A stretch of 64,000 nt of DNA, taken from NCBI GenBank assembly GCA_963815095.1, contig CAWFFH010000006.1:64001-128000 (forward strand), read 5' to 3'. This stretch comes from Candidatus Bathyarchaeota archaeon (GTDB taxonomy: Archaea > Thermoproteota > Bathyarchaeia > Bathyarchaeales > Bathycorpusculaceae). Below are positions 52,291 to 63,584 of this stretch, in pieces. How positions within the stretch are numbered: the first letter of the stretch is position 1; each line of letters begins with the position of its first letter. Position numbers and translations under genes: made by a program. Below the pieces are notes generated by a model. It did not search any database and was not told where the DNA came from. It saw only the letters and a list, made by a program, of their open reading frames with translations.

Positions 52291-52733
52291 AGCTTACAAA
52301 GCTGACTACTAACAACCCAATCAACTCTCTAAAATCAACTTTTATTTTTGTGGCATTTTCTTCTTATCACTTGCATATGGATTTAGATCTTTTCCATGTT
52401 TTTTTGCCCTTCTTTTCAATAAATTCTCAACTGTTAAGAAACGTCGTTTTAAACTAACTTCTACACGATTTAAACCACAAAAACAATTATGGTTGATCCG
52501 TCTCATCCTTGTGATTCTTGTGGCGAAATAATTGGAGGCGGCGTCAAATATTGCCCAAATGCAAAACCTTGCACTGCTACCTCTGCTCATATCAGCTAAT
52601 GCGTTTTCAACGTAAGTCTGTAATAGAGTGCCCTATGTGCGATGGCAAAATGATAATTCCGAAGTATTATGTCTGAAAGTTGTTTTAATAAGAAAATAAG
52701 AAAATAAAAAAAGAAAGAAGAAAGGATGTTGTT

Positions 52734-54704
52734 TTAGGCTTTCTTCTCGAGTTGTTTGCGTAGTTCTGCGTATGTTGCTTTGATGTCTTCAATGCTGCCT
52801 TCGTCTTCGATGGTGGATGTGTCGCCAAGGGGTGCGCCTGTTAAGACTGCTTTGAGGAGCCTGCGCATGATTTTGCCGCTGCGAGTCTTCGGTAATTTGG
52901 CAACGATTATTACGGCGTCTGGAGTTGCGATTGGTCCAATTGAGGTTCTAACTTGTTTTATAAGTTCAGCTCTGAGCTCGTCTGACGGTGTGAATCCTTG
53001 CCGTAGCACTACGAATGCTACTGGAACTTCGCCTTTAACTGCGTCTTCTTTGCCCATAACTGCTGCTTCAGATACTGCTGGGTGCGAGACTAATGCGCTT
53101 TCAAGTTCGACTGTGCCGATTCTGTGGCCTGCAACTTTAAGGACTTCATCTGCTCTGCCTAGTAACCAGAAGTATCCATCAGGGTCGCGGATTGCGTAGT
53201 CGCCGACGTAGTAGATTCCTGGCCATTTGCCAAAGTATGTTAGTTTGAAGCGTTCGTTGTCTTTCCAGACGGTTTGCAGCATTCCTGGCCAAGGTGACTT
53301 TATGACTAGGTAGCCTTTGGTTCCTTGTGGCACTGATTGTCCTTTTTCATCAACGATGTCTGCGTTAACTCCTGGCAAGGCAAGTGTGGCTGAGCCTGGT
53401 TTTAGCGGTGTAAGCTCGATGCCTGTTGCTGGTGAAATCATGAATCCGCCTGTTTCTGTCTGCCACCAGGTGTCGATGATTGGCAATTTTTCGTGGCCGA
53501 TGACGCGGTAATACCATTTCCATGCTTCGGGGTTGATTGCTTCGCCGACTGAACCGAGTTCACGTAGGGTAGATAGGTCATGTTTGTTAACCCATTCTTC
53601 GCCGAATTTCATGAACATACGGACTGCGGTTGGTGTGCCGTAGAGGATGGTTACGCCGTGGTTTTCAATCATTTGCCACCAGCGGTCTTGTGCTGGGAAG
53701 TCTGGTGTGCCTTCGAATAGGAACGCGGTTATGCCGTGGCTTAGTGGCGCGTAAACGTTGTATGTGTGTCCAGTAATCCAGCCAATATCTGCAACGCACC
53801 AGTAGATGTCTTCGTCTGTTGGGTTAAATGCCCATTTAAGGGTCCAGTAAGCCCAAACTAGGTATCCTCCGATGCCGTGCTGTACGCCTTTTGGCTTGCC
53901 TGTTGTTCCTGAAGTGTAAAGGATGAACAGTGGATCAGTTGAATTCATGTGTTCTGGTTCAACGTATGCATTTGCTCCTGCTGCGGTGAGTGCGTCGTGA
54001 TACCAAACGTCTCTGCCTTCCTTCATTTGGATAGGTTGACCTGTGCGTTTGACAACAATGATCTTCTCGACATTAGGCATAATTGGTGCTGCTTTGTCTG
54101 CGTTGTCTTTGATTCCGACTGGTTTGCCTCTGCGGAAGCTGCCGTCTGCTGTTATGAGGATTTTTGCTCCACAGTCGTTAACTCGGTCTGCAAGTGCTTC
54201 AGCGCTAAAGCCTGAGAAGACAACAGTGTGCACGCCTCCGATTCTTGCGATTGCAAGCAAACTGATTGGCAACTCTGGGATGACTGGTAAGAAGAGTGCG
54301 ACGCGGTCGCCTTTTTTGACGCCGTAGCTTTTTAGTGCTTTTGCAACTTTGTTTACTTCACGGTATAGTTGATAGTAAGTGTAAGTTTTTACTTCTCCCA
54401 TTTCGCCTTCCCAAATGTAGGCGAGTTTGTTTTTGCGTGCGGTTTTTATGTGGCGGTCAACTGCGTTGTAGCAGATGTTGAGTTCTCCATCGGGGAACCA
54501 TTTGTAGAACGGCGGGTTTGAGTCATCCAACACTTTGGTTGGCGCCTTAAACCAGTCGATGGCTTTTGCTTTTTCTGCCCAGAACTCAGTGGGGTTTTTA
54601 ATGGATTCTTCCCATACTTTTTTTCGTATTTCTCCAGAAGAAACCTTTGCAATACTTGGACTATATCGTTCATTGAAAGGTAAACTATCTGACATAGCTA
54701 TCAT
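52734..54704 (-). CDS. acs: AMP-forming acetyl-CoA synthetase
   Basis: YTSGTTGKPKG, ADIGWITGH, DTWWQTETG, PKTRSGKIMRR. Confidence 0.95.
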   Translation of the reverse strand: MIAMSDSLPFNERYSPSIAKVSSGEIRKKVWEESIKNPTEFWAEKAKAIDWFKAPTKVLDDSNPPFYKWFPDGELNICYNAVDRHIKTARKNKLAYIWEGEMGEVKTYTYYQLYREVNKVAKALKSYGVKKGDRVALFLPVIPELPISLLAIARIGGVHTVVFSGFSAEALADRVNDCGAKILITADGSFRRGKPVGIKDNADKAAPIMPNVEKIIVVKRTGQPIQMKEGRDVWYHDALTAAGANAYVEPEHMNSTDPLFILYTSGTTGKPKGVQHGIGGYLVWAYWTLKWAFNPTDEDIYWCVADIGWITGHTYNVYAPLSHGITAFLFEGTPDFPAQDRWWQMIENHGVTILYGTPTAVRMFMKFGEEWVNKHDLSTLRELGSVGEAINPEAWKWYYRVIGHEKLPIIDTWWQTETGGFMISPATGIELTPLKPGSATLALPGVNADIVDEKGQSVPQGTKGYLVIKSPWPGMLQTVWKDNERFKLTYFGKWPGIYYVGDYAIRDPDGYFWLLGRADEVLKVAGHRIGTVELESALVSHPAVSEAAVMGKEDAVKGEVPVAFVVLRQGFTPSDELRAELIKQVRTSIGPIATPDAVIIVAKLPKTRSGKIMRRLLKAVLTGAPLGDTSTIEDEGSIEDIKATYAELRKQLEKKA

Positions 54705-54876
54705 ATCCTTAGATGCTGGGAAGGATTAGCCACAGAGAATATAAGTTTTTTCAACTAAAACGCTTAAAACAAAAAAAGAAAAGCCCCTTTTGCATCAACA
54801 AGAAACGAAGCTACCTTAAAGTGAGAATGCTCTAAAAGACCGAAATAAAAAAAATAAAAAGGAAAATGAGAGAGAT

Positions 54877-55467
54877 TTACTGTTTGACTGGGAGAATTGG
54901 CAGGACGGTTTTTCCATTTGCTTCGTTTAAGACTTCTGCGAGCCCAAGGTAGACTGCGCTTCCGCCGCAGATGACGCCTTCAATGCCTGTTATTGTGTTG
55001 AACCAGACTGGGTTGCCCAGCAGTTCACGTGTTGCCAACATAAAGAATAGTATGAATAAGCTGCCAAAAACGAATTGCAGTGCGCGATTTGCTTTAATGG
55101 TGCCAAAGAACATTGCGAAAGTGAAAAGCCCCCACATGAAAAAGTATGCTGCCATCGATGTATCGTTTGGTGTGGCGAATCCAGGGGCTATGAAGGATAG
55201 TTTTGGTAAAACAAGCAGAAGAACCAGTGACCACCAAAAGAAGCCGTAAGAGCTGAAAGCTACCATGCCAAATGTGTTGCCTTTTTTGAATTCCATTATT
55301 CCAACAATTATCTGTGCTAAGCCACCGAATGCAATGCCCATCGCCAGAATCATTGTGTCAAGAGGATTAAAAACGCCAGCGTTGTGAAGGTTGAGAAGTA
55401 CTGTTGTTAGTCCGAAACCTAATAGCCCCAGAGGAGCAGGATTAGCTAATTTTTGAGTTATACTCAT
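54877..55467 (-). CDS. satP: Acetate uptake transporter SatP (GPR1/FUN34/YaaH)
   Basis: [38 protein letters not shown]. Confidence 0.93.
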   Translation of the reverse strand: MSITQKLANPAPLGLLGFGLTTVLLNLHNAGVFNPLDTMILAMGIAFGGLAQIIVGIMEFKKGNTFGMVAFSSYGFFWWSLVLLLVLPKLSFIAPGFATPNDTSMAAYFFMWGLFTFAMFFGTIKANRALQFVFGSLFILFFMLATRELLGNPVWFNTITGIEGVICGGSAVYLGLAEVLNEANGKTVLPILPVKQ

Positions 55468-55515
55468 TTCTATGTTTCCCCGATTGGATGTTTTAACTGA
55501 ATTCAGCATACTTTT

Positions 55516-58287
55516 TTATAAAGCTTTGGAAAACAATACGATTCTCTTTCTTGAAGCCAAATACTTGCCAATTTCCAAAGCGGCAAACACTGCTCCTGCA
55601 AAGAGCCCAGCTATTGCCCAATCAACTAGTTCAGGGGAATGGACGTCAAAGAGAACTTGCAGACCGGGCACATAGAGGATAACTAACTGCAAACCAAAAG
55701 AGGATAGAACTGCGTACCAGAGGTATTTGTTTTTGAAAGGCCCAACCTTGAAAACAGGGTACTTTAATGAGCGACAGGAGATGGCGACCGCTAATTCCAT
55801 AACGATCATTGCCGTGAGCAATTGCGTTCTTGCCTCCAAGAGTCTAAAGTTGCTTTCCCAAGGCATATGTGAGAAAAACGCCAGCAACAACAGAATCGAC
55901 ATGAATATGGGGACGGTAGTAAGGTACACCTTGACATCTTTGCTAAACACGCTCTCACTGGGTTTGCGGGGTTTGCGCTGCATCAAATCTGGGTCACCGG
56001 GGTCAACACCTAAAGCTATGGCAGGCAAACCATCAGTAACAAGGTTAATCCAAAGAATCTGCACAGCTGTTAAAGCAAGAGCAGCACTATTTACCAACCC
56101 AACATCAGAGCCCGGCGATAAAATCCGGGCGAGGTACGGCACACTGACCACAGCAAAAAACATAACCAAGATTTCCATGATGTTACATTGCAGCAGATAG
56201 GTCAGGTATTTTTTGATGTTGTCAAAGATTTCTCGGCCTTCGCGGACGGCTTTAACTATGCTTGCAAAGTTGTCGTCTGCCAAAACCATGTCAGCGGCTT
56301 CCTTTGAAACCTCCGTTCCCGAAATGCCCATAGCGATGCCTATATCACTCATTTTTAAAGCAGGCGCATCATTAACTCCATCGCCTGTCATAGCTACAAC
56401 TTCGCCTTTTTTCTTCCAAGCCATAACAATCCGCATTTTATGCTCGGGAGCTACACGGGCATAGACGACAACCTTTTCGACCACTCGGGCAAATTGTTCG
56501 TCTGTCATAGCCTCAAGCTCCTGACCCATCAAAACTTGACCTTCTTGCTCTTTTTCACCAATCAAGTTGAGTTCCTTAGCCACAGCGGTGGCTGTAAGTT
56601 GGTGGTCGCCTGTAATCATGACTACGCGTATTCCAGCGTTCTTACATATGGTTATGGCGTCTTTGACTTCTGGACGCGGTGGATCAATCATGCCAATGAT
56701 TCCAACAAAGACGAAGCCCTCTTCCATTTCCTCTTCAAATTGTCCTATGTAGTCAGGTAATTCTTTGTAGGCGAAACCGAGGTTTCTGAGGGCTTGCAGA
56801 GCCATGGTCTCGGTGACTTTGTAGTATTTTTCGCGCAGTTCATTGGTTAGTGCCTGAACTCTCCCTTCCAAAAAGATTTTGCTGCATCGTTCCAAAACTA
56901 TTTCTGGTGCTCCTTTCATGTAAGCAACTTTTTTACCTTCGACAGCATGTATTGTTGTCATTCGTTTTCTTTCTGAAGAAAATGGCACTTCCGCTATGCG
57001 TGGCTCTTGCTTTTCTAGTTCTGTTTTGGCGATTTCTGCTTTCTCCGCGGCAACAACAAGCGCTCCTTCTGTTGGGTCGCCTTTCACTGTCCATTTGCCG
57101 GATTTGGGATCTTTTTCAAGGTTCGAATCGTTACACAAGGCTGCAACTTTAAGCAACATTCTCAGGTTTTCATCAGGTTGTATTGCTCTAGCTTCAGATT
57201 GGAATTCGCCCTGTGGAGCATAACCTATTCCAGTAACTTTGATAGTTTGATCATTAACGTAGATGTGCTGGACGGTCATTTCGCCCTTTGTCATGGTTCC
57301 TGTTTTGTCGCTGCATATAACGCTGGTGCTTCCAAGGGTCTCTACTGCAGGCAGTCGTTTAACGATGGTGTTAACTTTAGCCATGCGGTACATGCCTATG
57401 GCAAGGGCGCCTGTTATGATAGCGGGTAATGCCTCAGGAACAGCGGCAACTGCTAAGCTAATAGCCCAAAGAATCATGTCAAGGATTGGGCGGTGCTCAA
57501 CGATTACTCCAACTGTTCCAACGCTAAGCGAAACAATTATGGCTAAAATGCCGATCCATTTGCCGACGCCGTTCATCCGTTTTTCCAGAGGGGTTTGTTC
57601 CTTGGGCGAAGCTTGAACCATCTCGGCAATTTTACCGAATTCCGTATTCATACCAGTATATGTAACCGCTGCCTTGCCTCTGCCGTACACGACGATTGTT
57701 CCAGTGAAAACCAAATTGTGCCGATCATTTAGGGAGGTCTTTTCGGGAAGTGGCAGGGTGGATTTGTCAACGGGTGCAGATTCGCCGGTTAATGACGCTT
57801 CATCGGTTTTCATCATTGATGTTTCCAGAAGCCTCGCGTCCGCAGGAACTTTATCTCCTGTGTAGAGAAAGATTATATCACCTGGGACGAGTTGGCTAGA
57901 AGGTATTTTAACTTCTTTGTTGTCACGAAGAACGCTGGCGGTTGGTGCAGTCATTTTTTTGAGGGCTTCTACAGCTTTTTCGCTTCGATATTCTTGTGAG
58001 AAACCTAAAACTGCGCTTGCAATGACGATAGCTAGGATCATGAATGCATCGGTTGCTTCTCCGACGAAGAATGATAGAGCGATTGCTACAATCAGGATAA
58101 CCATAAGGACGTTGGTGAATTGTCCAAGAAGCAGTTTTATGGGGGACCTGCTTTTTTCTTTCTTAATCTCGTTGAGTCCATACTTTGTTAGGCGTTCCTG
58201 TGAATCCTGGGAGGTTAATCCTTGGGGGGTAACCTGCAATGCGCTCATGGTTTCTTCGACTGTTTTGCTGTACCACGGGTTCACCAT
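55516..58287 (-). CDS. P-type ATPase, P2A (Ca2+-type)
   Basis: TGES, AVPEAL, DKTGT, KGAPE, MITGD, MTGDGVNDAP, INLVTDGLPA. Confidence 0.95.
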   Translation of the reverse strand: MVNPWYSKTVEETMSALQVTPQGLTSQDSQERLTKYGLNEIKKEKSRSPIKLLLGQFTNVLMVILIVAIALSFFVGEATDAFMILAIVIASAVLGFSQEYRSEKAVEALKKMTAPTASVLRDNKEVKIPSSQLVPGDIIFLYTGDKVPADARLLETSMMKTDEASLTGESAPVDKSTLPLPEKTSLNDRHNLVFTGTIVVYGRGKAAVTYTGMNTEFGKIAEMVQASPKEQTPLEKRMNGVGKWIGILAIIVSLSVGTVGVIVEHRPILDMILWAISLAVAAVPEALPAIITGALAIGMYRMAKVNTIVKRLPAVETLGSTSVICSDKTGTMTKGEMTVQHIYVNDQTIKVTGIGYAPQGEFQSEARAIQPDENLRMLLKVAALCNDSNLEKDPKSGKWTVKGDPTEGALVVAAEKAEIAKTELEKQEPRIAEVPFSSERKRMTTIHAVEGKKVAYMKGAPEIVLERCSKIFLEGRVQALTNELREKYYKVTETMALQALRNLGFAYKELPDYIGQFEEEMEEGFVFVGIIGMIDPPRPEVKDAITICKNAGIRVVMITGDHQLTATAVAKELNLIGEKEQEGQVLMGQELEAMTDEQFARVVEKVVVYARVAPEHKMRIVMAWKKKGEVVAMTGDGVNDAPALKMSDIGIAMGISGTEVSKEAADMVLADDNFASIVKAVREGREIFDNIKKYLTYLLQCNIMEILVMFFAVVSVPYLARILSPGSDVGLVNSAALALTAVQILWINLVTDGLPAIALGVDPGDPDLMQRKPRKPSESVFSKDVKVYLTTVPIFMSILLLLAFFSHMPWESNFRLLEARTQLLTAMIVMELAVAISCRSLKYPVFKVGPFKNKYLWYAVLSSFGLQLVILYVPGLQVLFDVHSPELVDWAIAGLFAGAVFAALEIGKYLASRKRIVLFSKAL

Positions 58288-58838
58288 TAACTTTCCTCAG
58301 GATTTTTTCTATGATAAATCAGGCTATGCTTATAGAGGGAGATGACTCCAGTCAACAGAACAATTAAACTCAATAAGTATAGGAACCAAGTGAAAACTGA
58401 ACCGAAACTGCTTATTTGTTTTTGCCATTGCCAAGGAAAGTCAGCAAGACTCTCAAGCGGCCATGCCCCGATTACCTGGTAGGTAAAGCCAAAAGCTGTT
58501 AACAATATGGCGACGTACTGTTTATCGACGGATGCTTCAGGCTTGATTGCTCGCATGCTATAGTTACATAGCATTACAGTACCTACAATCAAAGCCGGTA
58601 AACTGGTGACAAAAAATATAGGTTCAATAATACTGCGTGGAAGCAGAACGTTGATGCTTGAAGGAGGATAACCCGTAATGTCTTTGCCCCAATCAGCCAG
58701 CGTCCAGCGACTAAGCAGCACAGAAGACAAATAGAACACGCCATAAGCAGCCAAAAACAAGCCAAGTGACACCTTGTGGATTCTCACATAGTTGGAAATT
58801 TTGTAAATGTAGGTTTGCATAGGGCTGTCAGAGCTCAC
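58287..58838 (-). CDS. 4-TM membrane protein coupled to the P-type ATPase gene
   Basis: Four hydrophobic helices; stop overlaps ATPase start (TAATG). Confidence 0.7.
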   Translation of the reverse strand: MSSDSPMQTYIYKISNYVRIHKVSLGLFLAAYGVFYLSSVLLSRWTLADWGKDITGYPPSSINVLLPRSIIEPIFFVTSLPALIVGTVMLCNYSMRAIKPEASVDKQYVAILLTAFGFTYQVIGAWPLESLADFPWQWQKQISSFGSVFTWFLYLLSLIVLLTGVISLYKHSLIYHRKNPEES

Positions 58839-59107
58839 TGATGTCCTGGTTTGTAAAGTATTTTTATTATATCAATAGAATATATGAGTTTTCAAAAAAA
58901 TCAAGTGCATGCAGGGTTTCAAGTTGCGCTGGTTTGGACAAATTTGCATTCTAATAGTTTATCTTTGCAGAAACTTTAGAGTGTAGGTTACAAATGGCAA
59001 TTTCAGCAGCCAAAAATCTTTTTTCTAAAAAAATTATCACGCTTAAAGCCAAAAAAGATATAATGCCTAGAAGGCATTAGTAGAAACTGTACTTTTAAGG
59101 TGCTTTA

Positions 59108-59806
59108 ATGAAGTTCGAAACTACATTCCAAGAGATAATACCACGAACCCATGAAGTAACAAGCTTCAGGTTTTCCCGACCTTCCGAGCTTGATTACAAA
59201 CCGGGGCAATTCTTTTTAGTAACCCTAAAACAAGGCTACAAAGAACTAACCAAACATTTTAGTTTCAGCAGCAGCCCGACAGAAAAAAACCATATAGAAT
59301 TCACCAAAAAATTAACGGACCACGAATTTTCCTTGGCTCTGAAAGCCGCCAAAGTCGGTGATTGGGCCCGAATAGATGGCCCCTATGGACAATTCACTTT
59401 TGAGGGTGAATACCCAAAAATTGCCTTGCTTGGAGGAGGAATCGGGATAACTCCGTTTGTGAGTTACTGCAAAAATGCCTCGGACAAGAGTTTAAGCAGC
59501 AAAATCACTTTGTTCTATGGATGCCGTACACCGGAGGATATCGCTTTTAGGAAAGAGTTCGAAGAGTTTGCGCAGCAAAATAGGAACCTCAAGTTAGTCT
59601 TCACAGTTAACCAACCAACTCCTGACTGGAAAGGTGCAACTGGCACAATCAACATAGACATGATAAAGCAGCAACTGCCCGATTACAAAGAGAATATTTT
59701 TTACACTTGTGGACCGCCACCGATGATTGAGGCAATGGAAAAACTTGTGGTGAACTTGGGGTTACCAAAAGAAAAGTTAAAACGGGAACTTTTTTCCGGC
59801 TACTAA
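59108..59806 (+). CDS. FNR-like FAD/NAD(P)-binding oxidoreductase
   Basis: YKPGQF, HFSFSSSP, GPYGQF, GGGIGITP, YTCGPPPM. Confidence 0.9.
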   Translation: MKFETTFQEIIPRTHEVTSFRFSRPSELDYKPGQFFLVTLKQGYKELTKHFSFSSSPTEKNHIEFTKKLTDHEFSLALKAAKVGDWARIDGPYGQFTFEGEYPKIALLGGGIGITPFVSYCKNASDKSLSSKITLFYGCRTPEDIAFRKEFEEFAQQNRNLKLVFTVNQPTPDWKGATGTINIDMIKQQLPDYKENIFYTCGPPPMIEAMEKLVVNLGLPKEKLKRELFSGY

Positions 59807-59821
59807 AAAGGAAAAAAGGGT

Positions 59822-61105
59822 TTATGGGTAGAATCTGCGGGTAGTTCTTGGGAATGGGATGGCGTCAATGATGTTATCCAAGTCAAGCATCCAAACCAGC
59901 AGCCTCTCAAGACCCATTCCGAATCCGACATGTGGCACGGTGCCATAGCGTCGCAGGTCAAGGTACCATTCGTAGTCTTCAGGCTTCAAACCCTGTGCCT
60001 TCATGCGTTCGATTAGTATTTCTTTGTTTTCTTCTCTTGCGCCACCGGTGCTGATTTCGCCGATTCTCGGCACCATCATGTCTACGGACATAGCAACTTC
60101 TGGGTGGTCACTGTAGGTTTTGCAGTAGAATGCTTTGATTTCTGTGGGGTAATCGTATACAAAGAAAGGTGTACCAAAGTCTTCCGCCAAAACTTTCTCG
60201 TCTTCGTAGCCAAGGTCAGCGCCCCAATTCAACGCTGGATTCTTTACTTTTAGGCGTTCGATGGCTTCTTTGTAAGTTATTCTTGGAAACGGCGTCTTCA
60301 CCGCTTTTAATTTTTCAATATCAGCGCCTAACTCCTTAAATTCAGCTTGGCAACTTTCGGCAATGGCTTGACAAATATGCTCCATTAAACCTTCTTCAAA
60401 CTTCATTAAATCATTCATGTCGGCAAATGGCCATTCGCCTTCCATATGCCAATACTCCGTTAAATGACGGATAGTTCGGCTCTTTTCTGCGCGAAATGAA
60501 GGCGCGATGCAGTATACATTTTCCAACGAATAGATTAGGATTTCAAGGTAGAGTTGGCTACTCTGAGTCAAGTACAGTTCCTGGTCAAAATATTTTAAGC
60601 CAAACAATGTTGATCCGCCTTCAACAGCAGCAGATATGAACATTGGTGGCGAGACTTCAATGTAGCTTTGTTTTTTGAAGTATTCTCTTGCTGCTTCTAG
60701 CACTTCAGCTCGGACTTTCATGACCAGATTCATTTTTCTGCTACGCAACCAGAGGTGGCGCATGTCACGAATGAATTCTTCGCTTTTGTCTTTGGAAATT
60801 GGAAAAGTTTCTGCTAAACCTATTATATTGATGGCTTCTGCGCCGATTTCGAAGCCGCCTGGTGCACGTTTATCTTCTTTAGCGGTTCCTTCTAGTGAAA
60901 CAGAGGATTCTATTGTTAGTTTTTGGGCTTCACTCCAGCCTGTACTGGTTTTTTTTACAGTACATTGAATTACGCCTGTTGAATCTCGGATTAATAGAAA
61001 CATGAGTTCTTTTCCTTCGCGTTTGCGGTATACCCAGCCGCGTACGGTTACTTGTTGGTCTTTAAAGGTGCCTTCCAATATTTCGTTTATTTTAACCAAA
61101 GCCAT
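59822..61105 (-). CDS. asnS: Asparaginyl-tRNA synthetase
   Basis: OB fold GWV..R, RHLWLRS, YLTQSSQLYLE, FRAEKS.T.RHLTEYW, WYLDLRRYGTVPH.GFG.GLER. Confidence 0.93.
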   Translation of the reverse strand: MALVKINEILEGTFKDQQVTVRGWVYRKREGKELMFLLIRDSTGVIQCTVKKTSTGWSEAQKLTIESSVSLEGTAKEDKRAPGGFEIGAEAINIIGLAETFPISKDKSEEFIRDMRHLWLRSRKMNLVMKVRAEVLEAAREYFKKQSYIEVSPPMFISAAVEGGSTLFGLKYFDQELYLTQSSQLYLEILIYSLENVYCIAPSFRAEKSRTIRHLTEYWHMEGEWPFADMNDLMKFEEGLMEHICQAIAESCQAEFKELGADIEKLKAVKTPFPRITYKEAIERLKVKNPALNWGADLGYEDEKVLAEDFGTPFFVYDYPTEIKAFYCKTYSDHPEVAMSVDMMVPRIGEISTGGAREENKEILIERMKAQGLKPEDYEWYLDLRRYGTVPHVGFGMGLERLLVWMLDLDNIIDAIPFPRTTRRFYP

Positions 61106-61337
61106 CGGGCATCAACTATTTCCTGTATTACTTATTCTCAAACCTAAATGCATATCGATTTAGGAGCTTAACTTTAAGATACCCTCCTGAAGTAATTTCA
61201 ATTGAAAAGTTGACCACAAAAAAAGAGTAGCAAGTGACCACTGACTATACAACCGAGGGAATAGCGAAAATCTTATGAAGACTTCATAATCATATGAAGA
61301 TGGGCAATTATTCAGGAAACAATAGGTTGGGGAACTA

Positions 61338-62195
61338 TTGCAAGAAGACTTAGTGATTAAATTAGAAAGCTTTGGTTTTACGGTCAATCAGGCTAAGGTG
61401 TACCTAAATATCGTGCAATCTGGAAAAACACGGGTTGGAAATATCTCCAAAAGCACCCAGTTGCATCGGCAAGACATATACAAACTATTGCCTAAACTTG
61501 AAAAAATGGGGTTAATCATAAAAACAATCGATTCGCCTTTTATGATTGAAGCCATTCCGATAGATAAAGCCTTAGAGACCCTAATAGCAAAGGAAAGAGA
61601 AAAATCCAATCAGAGAATTTGTCATCTGGAAAATAACCTCAAAGAAATGGTAAATTCAATCCAAAAACAACCCGAGGTTAAAGACGAAGTGCAATTCAGT
61701 CTCTTGACCACTGATGAAGCCTTAAAAAGCAGAGCAAAGCGCACTTTAAAAAAACTAAAAAGAGAGTTTCTTTTAGTTGCCAATATCGAACATCTTCAAA
61801 CGCCTTCTATGCATTTCCGCGATTTCCTGCAAACAATCGCAGCAAGCAACGCCAAAACAAGATTAATCGTAATAACCAAAGACGACCCTGAGAAAACTAA
61901 AAAAGTTATTGAAAAAATAGTCCCATCCACAAGTCAGTTCACAGTTAGATCCATTAATAAAACCTCCTGCAAAAACTACCAAATCGTTGATAACAAAGAA
62001 ATATGGATCGCTACCCAGCAAAATACTGAATCAGGCTACCCATGTATGCTTTGGACAAACGACCAAAACATTATTGATGTTTATAAGGAAAATTTCAAAA
62101 AAACGTGGAGCCGAGCACAATCAGCAATCGCAATGGGAATTACGGTTTCATCTCTTACCTGTATCGCTGTTTCTTTTTTGGACCTGCTTGCATGA
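61338..62195 (+). CDS. TrmB-family transcriptional regulator
   Basis: L...GFT.NQAKVYL..., RQDIY..L..L...GLI; PLD-like C-domain IVDNKE...F...W. Confidence 0.88.
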   Translation: MQEDLVIKLESFGFTVNQAKVYLNIVQSGKTRVGNISKSTQLHRQDIYKLLPKLEKMGLIIKTIDSPFMIEAIPIDKALETLIAKEREKSNQRICHLENNLKEMVNSIQKQPEVKDEVQFSLLTTDEALKSRAKRTLKKLKREFLLVANIEHLQTPSMHFRDFLQTIAASNAKTRLIVITKDDPEKTKKVIEKIVPSTSQFTVRSINKTSCKNYQIVDNKEIWIATQQNTESGYPCMLWTNDQNIIDVYKENFKKTWSRAQSAIAMGITVSSLTCIAVSFLDLLA

Positions 62196-62205
62196 ATTCT
62201 TAACA

Positions 62206-63450
62206 TTACGCTTCTTTGACTATGGGCTCGTAAACTTTCCAGAAAACAAAAATAGAGAGCGGGATTGCTGATGCCGCTAAAAGTAGAAACGGAAGCTGTG
62301 GAGAAACAAAAGCGTAAAGCACCCCTACCACTATTTGTAGAATAGCTTGCATAATGAACATGAAAAATTGTAAGCATCCAGTAACTGTTCCCCTTAAATT
62401 TCGCGGAACCAAGTCACCCATCAAAACTTGGTAACTGTTGAGTTGCAACAGGTTGCCTAAGCCGAAGAAGAAAAAGGCCAGCAATAACATGTTAAAATCT
62501 GCGTTGATGAACAAAAGCATGCCTGGGACATAAAGCAAATAACCCAATATTAGGAAACGTTTCCTACCCATGACATCCATGCTGAACCCGGCAACTATGC
62601 CTGGAATTGCGATGGTCAGGTACCTGAAAGCTACTACAATTGCCCATTGTGATAATGATATTTTAAGGATTGAAGTTGCATAAACTACAAAGTATGCTTG
62701 GCAACTAACGACTAATCCATTTATAACTATTATGGCTAAGAAAAGATTAAAGGCGGATTTGGGAATTTTACGCCAAACATAAATGCCTTCTTTAACTGAT
62801 TTAGGATAGTCCTTTAATGCTGCGATGAAACTTGGTCTTTTCTTTTCAGGTTCAGACGATAATGTTTCTTTAAGTCTGAGCCTCAGAAGGGCTATCGCAA
62901 AATACGTTAGCGCCACTATGGTGTACGCTATACGCATGCCTAAATCAAAGTTAAAGGTTACAACCAAATATTGAGCAATAAGTGGTGCGGGCAGAAGCAC
63001 AAGTGTCGTAATTACTGATTGAAAACTGAAACCTGCGCCCCTATTTTCTGGCGCCAAAGAATCCATAACCATCGCCATAAGGGCTGGACCATAGATCGAG
63101 CATAAATTTTGTATTAGTAGCCCTATCAAAAGGAACTGCCATGAAGGAGCAAAAATGAAAAATAATGTTCCAATACCTAAGCCAAAAGTCATCGTGACTA
63201 TTAGCCATCTTCTACCATGTTTATCAGCCAAGTAGCCACCAGGAAGCTGCACAAGGGCAACGGCAATTGAGCCAACAAATCCAAGAATGGAGATAAGAAA
63301 TAAGTTGGCACCTAAATGCAAGTAATAAAGGCTGGTATAAGTGTCAGGAATTGGCTGGGCGAAAAACATGATTATCCAGCTTATTGTTATGAGTAGAAAA
63401 TTGCCTCTTAACACGGCTGAGTCGCCACGGAAAAGCGTTGACAACTTCAT
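62206..63450 (-). CDS. MFS transporter
   Basis: 12 TMs, motif A GGYLADKHGRR and MDVMGRK. Confidence 0.92.
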   Translation of the reverse strand: MKLSTLFRGDSAVLRGNFLLITISWIIMFFAQPIPDTYTSLYYLHLGANLFLISILGFVGSIAVALVQLPGGYLADKHGRRWLIVTMTFGLGIGTLFFIFAPSWQFLLIGLLIQNLCSIYGPALMAMVMDSLAPENRGAGFSFQSVITTLVLLPAPLIAQYLVVTFNFDLGMRIAYTIVALTYFAIALLRLRLKETLSSEPEKKRPSFIAALKDYPKSVKEGIYVWRKIPKSAFNLFLAIIVINGLVVSCQAYFVVYATSILKISLSQWAIVVAFRYLTIAIPGIVAGFSMDVMGRKRFLILGYLLYVPGMLLFINADFNMLLLAFFFFGLGNLLQLNSYQVLMGDLVPRNLRGTVTGCLQFFMFIMQAILQIVVGVLYAFVSPQLPFLLLAASAIPLSIFVFWKVYEPIVKEA

Positions 63451-63584
63451 TGTGGATAAAAATCAGTTAAGAATTATTTAAATTAAAATCAACAATTTCA
63501 AAATTATATTTTGAAAATCAATTAGCAAATTGCATCCCACAATTCTTAAATCGCCCTTGCAGAGAGCATAATTAGATTACGAAA

